From contig JBDRBK010000186.1 in the NCBI GenBank assembly GCA_043822705.1, positions 1-14,929 of the forward strand: DNA of 14,929 nt, written 5' to 3'. Of this stretch, positions 8,020-14,929 are shown piece after piece. The DNA comes from Fidelibacterota bacterium (GTDB lineage: Bacteria; Fidelibacterota; Marinisomatia; Marinisomatales; TCS56). The notes beneath the pieces are model-generated. The model worked only from the letters and a program-made list of their open reading frames with translations. It made no database searches and was not told the DNA's origin. The position numbers and the translations under genes were made by a program. Position 1 is the stretch's first letter, and each line of letters begins with the position of its first letter.

Positions 8020-9225
8020 GTGAATATCACTATTTTTATAATCTTAATGCTGGTCCTGACAGCGCCCCTGCCGGCCCAAACCGGCCAGACCAATGTGCAC
8101 GAGTATCGCCAGGAGATCGAATATCAGTCCAAGGCGATCGAAGATCTGAAAAAGGAACTGGAAGCGACTCAGAGGCGGATTCAGACCGAGATCCAGAAGG
8201 AAAAATCCGCCGTGAAGCGTGTGTCCGGTCTCGAGCAGGAAATATCCCTGGCGGACCGGATCGTGGTCCAGTTGCGGCGCGAAGAAGAGAAGGCCGCCGC
8301 TGAAATTCGGCAGGTTCAGCAACAGATTACCGTCAATGAGGCGCGGCAGGAAGTCCTGCGAGCACGGTACGCCCAGCGCGTGACAGCGGCCTATAAACAG
8401 GGTACCCTGTCAGATCTGGAACGGGTGCTGAGTGCCACTTCCTGGCGCCAGGCGATTTACCGGACCAAATATCTGAAAATTATTTCCGACTACGATCGCC
8501 AGTTATTCGATGAACTGGTGAACATTATCGTCAGGATCGAAGAACAGAAGGCGATTCTGGAAACCGCCCTGGCCCGCAGCCGGGAATTGAAGACGGACCG
8601 AGAACGGCAGGTTGCCGACCTGCGGGACGTCCGGCGAAAGAAAGAGCAGGAAATCGTCAAGATTCGCGACAGCCGCAGCGAGTTGGAAAAACAGCTCAAG
8701 GAACAGGAAGAGGGCATCAAACAACTGGAAGCGATCCAGAAAAAATTGCTGGACGCGGTGGATTCGATCGAACGGGCCGCGCGCATCCAACGTCAGCAGG
8801 AGCAGTTGAAACTGAAGAATTTCGCTGCCCTGAAAGGCCAGTTGCCCTGGCCCGCCATCGGTCAGGTGGTGACCAAATTCGGTAACCAGTGGAACGCCCA
8901 GTTGAAGACCCGCACCGACAATCCCGGGATCGACATCAAAGGCCAGCCGGGCTCACCGATTATCGCGGTCAAGGATGGCGAAGTCACCACGATTACTTAT
9001 ATCCGCGGCTTCGGCACCACAATTATCGTCGACCACGGTGGCGGCTACTATACTGTCTACAGCCATGTCAACAATATCCAGATCAACGTCGACGACCGGG
9101 TGGCGGCCGGTGACCGGATCGCCTACATGGGCGATTCGGGCTCGATCAGCGGCGCCCAACTGCATTTTGAAATCTGGGGCCAGGGACAGAAGCTCAATCC
9201 GGAGCTCTGGTTGACGAAACAATGA
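8020..9225 (+). CDS. envC: Murein hydrolase activator EnvC family protein (coiled coil + degenerate M23/LytM domain)
   Basis: The ORF track starts at 7924, but in-frame GTG 8020 begins a signal peptide (NITIFIILMLVLTAPLPA) and avoids the divergent promoters. Long coiled coil, then FAALKGQLPWP, NPGIDI, IIVDHGGGYYTVYSH, QLHFEIW...LNPELWL. Confidence 0.85.
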   Translation: MNITIFIILMLVLTAPLPAQTGQTNVHEYRQEIEYQSKAIEDLKKELEATQRRIQTEIQKEKSAVKRVSGLEQEISLADRIVVQLRREEEKAAAEIRQVQQQITVNEARQEVLRARYAQRVTAAYKQGTLSDLERVLSATSWRQAIYRTKYLKIISDYDRQLFDELVNIIVRIEEQKAILETALARSRELKTDRERQVADLRDVRRKKEQEIVKIRDSRSELEKQLKEQEEGIKQLEAIQKKLLDAVDSIERAARIQRQQEQLKLKNFAALKGQLPWPAIGQVVTKFGNQWNAQLKTRTDNPGIDIKGQPGSPIIAVKDGEVTTITYIRGFGTTIIVDHGGGYYTVYSHVNNIQINVDDRVAAGDRIAYMGDSGSISGAQLHFEIWGQGQKLNPELWLTKQ

Positions 9226-10343
9226 TATCTTTCGATCCGGTCCAGACCCAGCCGGCGGTTTGGAACCGCCTGGTGCGGATTCACCAGTGCGGCAAGGCGG
9301 GCAGCGCCTACCTGTTCGGCGGACCCCCCGGCAGCGCCAAGGAAGCGCTGGCGATCGAATTCGCCAAATTGCTGAATTGCGAAAGCAGCGGCGACCGTTC
9401 CTGCAACGAATGCCCTTCCTGCCGCCGGATACAGGCGCTCCAGCACGAAAACCTGACGCTGGTCTTTCCCTTGCCCAAAGAGGGCGCTAGCAGCGCCGGC
9501 GACGATCCGTTACGGGGGCTGAGCGACAAAACGCTGGCCCTGATCAATTCGGAAATCGAAATCAAAGCCCGTGATCCCTTCCACAAGATCGCCCTGCCGC
9601 GGGCCAACACGATTCCGATCAACGCCATTCGCGAGCTGCGCCGGACCGCCTATCTCAAGACCGCCCTCAGCGGCCGCCGGGCGATCCTGATTTTTGATGC
9701 CCACCTGCTGTCCACCGGCGAAGGGGCCTCCGCCAACGCTCTGCTGAAAATTCTTGAGGAACCACCGCCGGCAACGACCTTTATCCTGGTCAGCGACCAC
9801 AAAGGCAGCCTGCCGCCGACGATTCTATCGCGCTGTCAGCAGGTCGATTTCCCGCCGCTGGCGGACCGGTATATCGCCGGGCAGATAGCGGGGGCGGACC
9901 CTGACTTGATTGCCGGGCTGGCCGCCGGTAACCTGCACCTGGCACGTAAACTGACGAATCAGCAGCCGGCGGAAATCCGCCAGCGTACCGATAGCCTGGT
10001 GCGCCAGGTCCTGCAGCGGGATGGTGCCGGCTGGCGCAGTTTCATCACCTCCCAGAGCCGTCTGGCCGGCGCCGACCCGGAGGAATATAATTTCAATTTT
10101 TACCTGCTGCAGATCTGGTTCCGGGCCGCCTATCGCCAGCGCCTGGGGGTGGATGATCCACTGCATGCCGGCGGTTTGGGGGCACAGATGGAACAACTGA
10201 ATCAGGCCAATCCCGCCATCGATTATCCGGGCATCAACAACGCCGTCGCCGAGGCGACCGCGGCACTGGCAAACAATTATTATATACCCTTAACTTTGAT
10301 TAATTTTCTGACGACCATACAGCGCCGAATGCGGGGCCGCTGA
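9222..10343 (+). CDS. holB: DNA polymerase III subunit delta'
   Basis: AYLFGGPPGSAK (Walker A-like), zinc-binding CESSGDRSCNECPSC, ANALLKILEEPP, PTILSRCQ (SRC motif). ATGA overlap with envC. Confidence 0.93.
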   Translation: MISFDPVQTQPAVWNRLVRIHQCGKAGSAYLFGGPPGSAKEALAIEFAKLLNCESSGDRSCNECPSCRRIQALQHENLTLVFPLPKEGASSAGDDPLRGLSDKTLALINSEIEIKARDPFHKIALPRANTIPINAIRELRRTAYLKTALSGRRAILIFDAHLLSTGEGASANALLKILEEPPPATTFILVSDHKGSLPPTILSRCQQVDFPPLADRYIAGQIAGADPDLIAGLAAGNLHLARKLTNQQPAEIRQRTDSLVRQVLQRDGAGWRSFITSQSRLAGADPEEYNFNFYLLQIWFRAAYRQRLGVDDPLHAGGLGAQMEQLNQANPAIDYPGINNAVAEATAALANNYYIPLTLINFLTTIQRRMRGR

Positions 10344-10390
10344 CTCTTCTTTCACCGCCACAACCCGAATTCATAAAAAACAGGTTTATC

Positions 10391-12280
10391 ATGGCTGAAA
10401 AACAGAAATTTTACATTACCACACCGATCTATTATGTCAACGACCGACCCCACATCGGGCACGCGTACACTACGATCCTGGCCTACTTGCTGGCCCGCTA
10501 CCACCGCATCGCCGGCACCGACACCTTTTTCCTGACCGGCCTGGACGAACACGGTCAGAAGGTCCAGCAGGCCGCCGCCGCCCGCGGCATCGCCCCGCAG
10601 GAGCATTGCGACAGCATGGCCCCCCATTTCCTGGAATTGTGGGACAAGCTGCATATCCGCTACGATGATTTCATCCGCACGACCGAAAAACGCCATCACG
10701 CGGTGGTGCAGCAGGTCCTGCAAAAAGTCTATGACGCCGGCGATATCTACCACGGCGAATACGGCGGTTTCTACTGTGTGGGCTGCGAGCGCTTCTATAC
10801 CGAAAAGGAACTGGAAGACGGTAATTGTCCCCAGCATCAGAAGCCGCTGGAATATATCACTGAGAAGAATTACTACTTCCGGATGGGGAAATACCAGCAG
10901 ACGCTGATCGATTATATTCACGCTAACCCGGAATTCATCCAGCCCGAACACCGCAAGAATGAAATCCTGGGTTTCCTGCGCCAAGACCTGGGCGACCTGT
11001 GCATTTCGCGGCCCAAGGCGCGGATGAGCTGGGGCATCGACCTGCCTTTCGATAACGACTATGTCACCTATGTTTGGTTTGACGCTTTGCTGAATTACAT
11101 CACCGCACCCGGTTACGGCGCCGATGATGAAAAATTCGCCCGCTGGTGGCCCGCCGATTATCACCTGATCGGTAAGGATATCCTGACCACCCATGCCGTA
11201 TACTGGCCGACGATGCTGTTTTCCGCGGGGATTCCCCAGCCCAGGACGATCTTCGCCCACGGCTGGTGGCTCACCGGCGATGCCAAAATGAGTAAATCGC
11301 TGGGCAATATCGTCAATCCACTGGACCTGATCGACCGCTTCGGCGTGGATCCGGTGCGTTACTACTTAATGCGCGAAATGGTGTTGGGCCAGGATGCCAG
11401 CTTCACGCCGGAGTCGTTCGTCAAACGCTACAACAGCGATCTGGCTAACGATTTCGGCAACCTGCTGAGCCGGGTTACCAAGCTGATTAATAGGAATTTC
11501 GGTGGTGTTATTCCAAACCCCAGTAATAAAAATGAATCACATAATGATACACTTGTAATGTTTGCTCCCAATATTATTAGGAATGTAAATGAATTGGTTA
11601 ATAGGTTACGGTTAAATGAAGCAATTGAAGTAACAATGCAGTTTGTTCGTGGTGTGAATCGTTATCTAGAGCATACAGCTCCATGGAAAATGGTTAAGGA
11701 AGACAAAGTTACTGCTGGTTATTGTCTTTATGATGCAGCAGAATCTTTAAGGATTGCAGCTGTTTTGCTGAGCCCAGTAATGCCCAACCGCACCGCGACG
11801 GTGCTGGAAACACTGGGGACGGTCTGCTATGACCTAACCTGGGGTGGTCTCGAACCGGGTCTGAAGCTGCAGGAACATGAACCCCTGTTCCCGCGGATCG
11901 ACCTGAAGGTACCGGAACCCGTTCAAACACAACCGCCGGAAGTAAAAATGGAAAATGTGATCACGATCGACGATTTCGCCAAAGTGCAACTGAAAACCGC
12001 CGAGGTGATTGCCGCCGAAAAAGTAGAGGGTGCCGACCGGCTGTTGAAGCTGCAAATAAAAATTGGTGAGGAGCAGCGCCAGATCGTGGCCGGGATCGCC
12101 CAGTTCTATGCCCCGGAAGCGCTGATCGGGAAAATAATAGTTATGGTTTACAACCTGCAGCCGGTCAAGCTGCGCGGGATCGAATCCCAGGGTATGTTGC
12201 TGGCGGCTAAAAAAGGCAAGGAACTGAGCCTGATCGTTCTCGATAAACCGGCAGTGGGCAGCGGCGCGTCGATTTCATAG
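10391..12280 (+). CDS. metG: Methionine--tRNA ligase (single-knuckle MetRS1 type) with C-terminal Trbp111-like tRNA-binding domain
   Basis: YITTPIYYVN..PHIGHAY, TGLDEHGQK, CVGC...CPQH knuckle, YVWFDALLNY, KMSKS, NRY....APW, C-terminal ITIDDFAKV...RQIVAGI...NLQPVKLRGIESQGMLL. Confidence 0.98.
   Translation: MAEKQKFYITTPIYYVNDRPHIGHAYTTILAYLLARYHRIAGTDTFFLTGLDEHGQKVQQAAAARGIAPQEHCDSMAPHFLELWDKLHIRYDDFIRTTEKRHHAVVQQVLQKVYDAGDIYHGEYGGFYCVGCERFYTEKELEDGNCPQHQKPLEYITEKNYYFRMGKYQQTLIDYIHANPEFIQPEHRKNEILGFLRQDLGDLCISRPKARMSWGIDLPFDNDYVTYVWFDALLNYITAPGYGADDEKFARWWPADYHLIGKDILTTHAVYWPTMLFSAGIPQPRTIFAHGWWLTGDAKMSKSLGNIVNPLDLIDRFGVDPVRYYLMREMVLGQDASFTPESFVKRYNSDLANDFGNLLSRVTKLINRNFGGVIPNPSNKNESHNDTLVMFAPNIIRNVNELVNRLRLNEAIEVTMQFVRGVNRYLEHTAPWKMVKEDKVTAGYCLYDAAESLRIAAVLLSPVMPNRTATVLETLGTVCYDLTWGGLEPGLKLQEHEPLFPRIDLKVPEPVQTQPPEVKMENVITIDDFAKVQLKTAEVIAAEKVEGADRLLKLQIKIGEEQRQIVAGIAQFYAPEALIGKIIVMVYNLQPVKLRGIESQGMLLAAKKGKELSLIVLDKPAVGSGASIS
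11486..11767 (+). other. In-frame low-GC patch within metG (anticodon-binding domain)
   Basis: Hand count ~35% GC over 11481-11770 versus ~57% over 11221-11460. About 20 of 94 codons end in G/C. The reading frame is intact. Confidence 0.9.
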
Positions 12281-12298
12281 CGCCCTACTTATCACTAA

Positions 12299-13246
12299 TT
12301 ACTGCTTACTTATAACTGCTTGTAGCACCCGCAAGGCTCGCAGGGTGTTCCAGCGGCTGGGCTGACCGGTCTGTTCCATTTCAAAATGGGTCTGCCCCGG
12401 ATGACGGTTCTGCAGCGGCCAACGACCGTCGCGGCGACGTTTCTGCAGCAGAATATCACGGGCCGGCTGCATTCGTGAGTCATAATCAACTGCAGCCAAT
12501 TGAAAATAATCCAGCGCCCGCAGGATATCATATTGCCAACGGCAGGGCCAGGACAGTAATAGAAACTTGGGATTGATCACCGCCCCGGTTCGGCTGGATC
12601 GAAACAGATGGTGTTCCAGAAGGAATTCCACTGCCGCCTGTTCCGCAGACCGGATGAAATCCAGCTGGTAATTACCGCCGGAACGGCGATATTCCGATAA
12701 TCCTTCCAATACCGAGATAGTGGTGTGTAACGAACTGTGGGTTGCGCCGTGCAGGTGTCGACAGTTCCAGCCACCGTCGTTCATCCGGGCATCCAAAAGA
12801 AAATTAATCAGCGCTTTCAATGTGGGGTGATGGGGTGCAAACCAGGAGCCGAAATTCAGTACCATGCCATTGATACAGACGTCACTGTTTCGCCAACCAG
12901 GCGAATAGATAATACCACCATCGATCCCCATGCATTCATTCAGCAGCATTATTGTACTGTCGGCAGCCGGAGAATTATCAGCCGGCAAGCCCAGGTTTTT
13001 CAACTCCAGTAAAGTGTAGTGGGTGGAAGTCCATTTGGGCTGGTAATAACCGCGGCCCCAGTGCCCGTCGGGCCGGCGCTGCACCAGATAACGGGCACCC
13101 CAGCCCTCGCCGGCGATCCGGTTTTGCAGTTCATCACAGGTGGCACGGTCCGCTGCCAGCAGATCGCGCTGGGTCTGGTACTGAATGGCAACATCTCCGG
13201 TCAGCAGCCAGTCAACAATTTCCGGGGACTGCCGCAGATTAATCAC
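12299..13246 (-). CDS. Prenyltransferase/squalene-cyclase-repeat-like (alpha/alpha toroid) protein of unknown function
   Basis: 315 aa from GTG. QW-like repeats QRRPDGHW, RMNDGGWNC, KRRRDGRW. Conserved-looking blocks YQPKWTSTHYTL, SSLHTTISVLEGL, WQYDILRALDYF, PSRWNTLRALRVL. No DXDD motif of true squalene-hopene cyclases. Confidence 0.75.
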   Translation of the reverse strand: MINLRQSPEIVDWLLTGDVAIQYQTQRDLLAADRATCDELQNRIAGEGWGARYLVQRRPDGHWGRGYYQPKWTSTHYTLLELKNLGLPADNSPAADSTIMLLNECMGIDGGIIYSPGWRNSDVCINGMVLNFGSWFAPHHPTLKALINFLLDARMNDGGWNCRHLHGATHSSLHTTISVLEGLSEYRRSGGNYQLDFIRSAEQAAVEFLLEHHLFRSSRTGAVINPKFLLLSWPCRWQYDILRALDYFQLAAVDYDSRMQPARDILLQKRRRDGRWPLQNRHPGQTHFEMEQTGQPSRWNTLRALRVLQAVISKQ

Positions 13247-14018
13247 CGATCGGAAACACCTGCTGCCCGCCGGGGACGGCCAGATAAACCCGGCTCAACG
13301 CCATTTCGGTCAGGCGTGATATTGGTTCCTTGTAATGTGAAAACGAACCATAATGCACCGGCATCACAAAACGCGGGTCGAGATCGGCGATGAATTTGCG
13401 CAGCATGGCGGCATCCAGGGTGAGCATGCCGATCCAGCTGCCTTTTTGGACCGCCCCTAAATTCGGGATTAATACATCGATCGTAGTGCCGTGCAGGGAG
13501 CGGGTAATCCGTTTGTCGTACACCGTATCGCCGGTGATGTAGATATTAGCCAGTTCCGAATTGCGCAGGACGGTGACCAGGTAGCCGTTGCCGCGGCCCG
13601 CCAGCCGGGCTGCCAGAGGATTAACGCCATGGACCGCCTTGATCGCCCGGATTCTGATGTCGCAGCCGGCCAATCGGTATTCAAGAATCCGGCCGTGGCG
13701 TAATGTCGTGACTTTCGAGTGACCGGTTTTCCGCAGGATACGGGCCGCCGCCCGATTGGCCACCACAATGGCGGTCGGCGAAATTTGCTCTATCCCCAAT
13801 GGGTTGAGATGGTCCTCGTGTTCGTGGGTGATCAGCCACAGGTCGACATTATTGAAATCATCCGTGGCGTAAACCGGATCATCGAGGCGGCGGGACTTGA
13901 ACCAGAAATAATCCTGAATGGTATCTTTGGGACTTAAATCGGGATCGCAGGCGATTTTTAGGTTATCAATGGTGAGGATGAAAGTGGCCCCACCGATCCA
14001 CTTGATTTTTACTTCCAT
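13239..14018 (-). CDS. MBL-fold metallo-hydrolase (COG2220/UlaG-like)
   Basis: HxHxDH motif THEHEDH plus ACDP, AVHG, YITGDT and MPVHY. Overlaps both neighbours. Confidence 0.9.
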   Translation of the reverse strand: MEVKIKWIGGATFILTIDNLKIACDPDLSPKDTIQDYFWFKSRRLDDPVYATDDFNNVDLWLITHEHEDHLNPLGIEQISPTAIVVANRAAARILRKTGHSKVTTLRHGRILEYRLAGCDIRIRAIKAVHGVNPLAARLAGRGNGYLVTVLRNSELANIYITGDTVYDKRITRSLHGTTIDVLIPNLGAVQKGSWIGMLTLDAAMLRKFIADLDPRFVMPVHYGSFSHYKEPISRLTEMALSRVYLAVPGGQQVFPIGD

Positions 14019-14929
14019 CAGCGCACCTGACTATCGGCTTTAAATGACGAATTGCCATTCATGATTTTACCCCCGCTGATCATGTCGATGACTTGCAGTC
14101 CGGCCTGCATCGAAGGCCAGATGCCGTGACTGAATTTAGGTACAAACAGGTTTTTTACCGGCGTACGGGTAGGCAGCCGATTTTTCCCGAAATTCCCCGG
14201 TACCGGCAGCATGTCGAAATTCGAACCCGTGGGCGAAGCGATGAAGCGGGCGTAGGTGGCGGGCGTAGCTACATCGGTAAACCGGATATGGTCGCACAAA
14301 CCCGGAATCAGAAACTGCTGGACTTTGTCAATATAGAAATCGGCCGTGGTGGTTTTCTTGCGGCGGTAGGCTGCCGGGTCGTTTTTCTGCAGATCGATCC
14401 ATTCCGCTGCCGCCACCGGCACCACATGGATGATCAGGTTCTGCTTGCCGCCGGTTTTCAGGCAGGGACTGATCACCGCCAGGTGAAAGCAATCGTCGTC
14501 CAGCAGTAGTTCGCCCCGGTCCCAGGCCCGGAACATTTTTTCGTGGGCGCCGCGGCCGGTGGTCAGCACATTGTAACCGCAGTCGAAACCCATTCCCCGT
14601 AGGTCCAGTTGACCGTCCAACCCCAGGTGAATGGCAATCGACGAAGGTGACATTTTAACCTGACGCACTTTTTTGCCATAAGCGGGATCGAGACCGGACA
14701 GCAGGTCGTAGCCGACCATCTCTCCGAAAGTCACCTTGGTATCGGCGGTGGAAACCACATAGTCGGCCGTGATTTGCGTACCATCCGCCAATTCCACGCC
14801 ATAGGCCCGGCCGTTTTCAATCAGGATTTTTTGCACCGTCACACCGGTGCGCACTTCGCCGCCACGGACCTCCAGTTGCCGGCGCAACTGTTGCGGGAAC
14901 TGGATGAATCCACCGGCCGGACGAAAGCT
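14018..14929 (-). CDS. NAD(P)/FAD-dependent oxidoreductase, phytoene desaturase (CrtI)/retinol saturase-like; 5' part outside the window
   Basis: The frame stays open to the window end (SFRPAGGFIQFPQQLRRQLEVRGGEVRTG). Motifs P.GG, GVELADG..ITADYVVSTAD, SPSSIAIHLG, YRRKK, VATPATYARF...PTGS, RTPVKNLF. The TGA stop overlaps the MBL ATG. Confidence 0.85.
   Translation of the reverse strand, partial: SFRPAGGFIQFPQQLRRQLEVRGGEVRTGVTVQKILIENGRAYGVELADGTQITADYVVSTADTKVTFGEMVGYDLLSGLDPAYGKKVRQVKMSPSSIAIHLGLDGQLDLRGMGFDCGYNVLTTGRGAHEKMFRAWDRGELLLDDDCFHLAVISPCLKTGGKQNLIIHVVPVAAAEWIDLQKNDPAAYRRKKTTTADFYIDKVQQFLIPGLCDHIRFTDVATPATYARFIASPTGSNFDMLPVPGNFGKNRLPTRTPVKNLFVPKFSHGIWPSMQAGLQVIDMISGGKIMNGNSSFKADSQVR

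Noticed and set aside
9318..9345. Non-canonical Walker A (GPPGSAKE) in holB
   Set aside because: Delta' is an established ATPase-inactive clamp-loader subunit, so degeneracy is expected.
10344..10390. T-box or SAM riboswitch upstream of metG
   Set aside because: The intergenic gap is only 47 nt and has no T-box or S-box motifs.
10352..11260. 302-aa minus-strand ORF antisense to metG
   Set aside because: It lies opposite the conserved catalytic domain and has no recognisable motifs. This is a typical shadow ORF of a high-GC3 gene.
11486..11767. Intein, intron or DGR variable region as the explanation for the metG patch
   Set aside because: The patch encodes expected MetRS helices including APW, has no intein terminal residues and no frame break, and no template repeat or RT is in the window. 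A distant template cannot be excluded.
12299..13246. Call as squalene-hopene cyclase (shc)
   Set aside because: Only 315 aa and no DXDD motif.
1..14929. CRISPR array, tRNA/rRNA, IS or integrase, defence system
   Set aside because: No regularly spaced repeats, cloverleafs, terminal inverted repeats or recombinase/nuclease motifs were seen, and nearly all sequence is accounted for by CDSs.

Overview
A GC-rich (~58%) bacterial chromosomal segment, probably from an FCB-superphylum lineage such as Marinimicrobia/KSB1/Calditrichota (inferred from the NYPNPFNP-type T9SS sorting domain and gene content). Left to right it carries: a large DUF4175-like membrane/Ig/coiled-coil gene cut by the window edge and absent from the ORF track, translationally coupled to a DUF4159 gene (both minus); a divergent AT-rich T9SS-cargo gene; a putative beta-barrel + TPR + BamE/SmpA-like protein; a minus-strand pair of a stand-alone cNMP-binding protein and an AI-2E transporter; an envC-like/holB/metG cluster (plus); and a convergent coupled operon of a CrtI-like FAD oxidoreductase (cut by the edge), an MBL-fold hydrolase and a prenyltransferase/squalene-cyclase-fold protein. 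I found no RNA genes, CRISPR arrays, transposases or integrases. The most striking observation is a sharply bounded, in-frame, ~280 bp low-GC patch (~35% GC by hand count, flank ~57%) covering the anticodon-binding helices of metG. Also notable are three promoters sharing a TATTTT -10 element, two of which suggest leaderless transcripts. All family assignments are by motif recognition, not database search.
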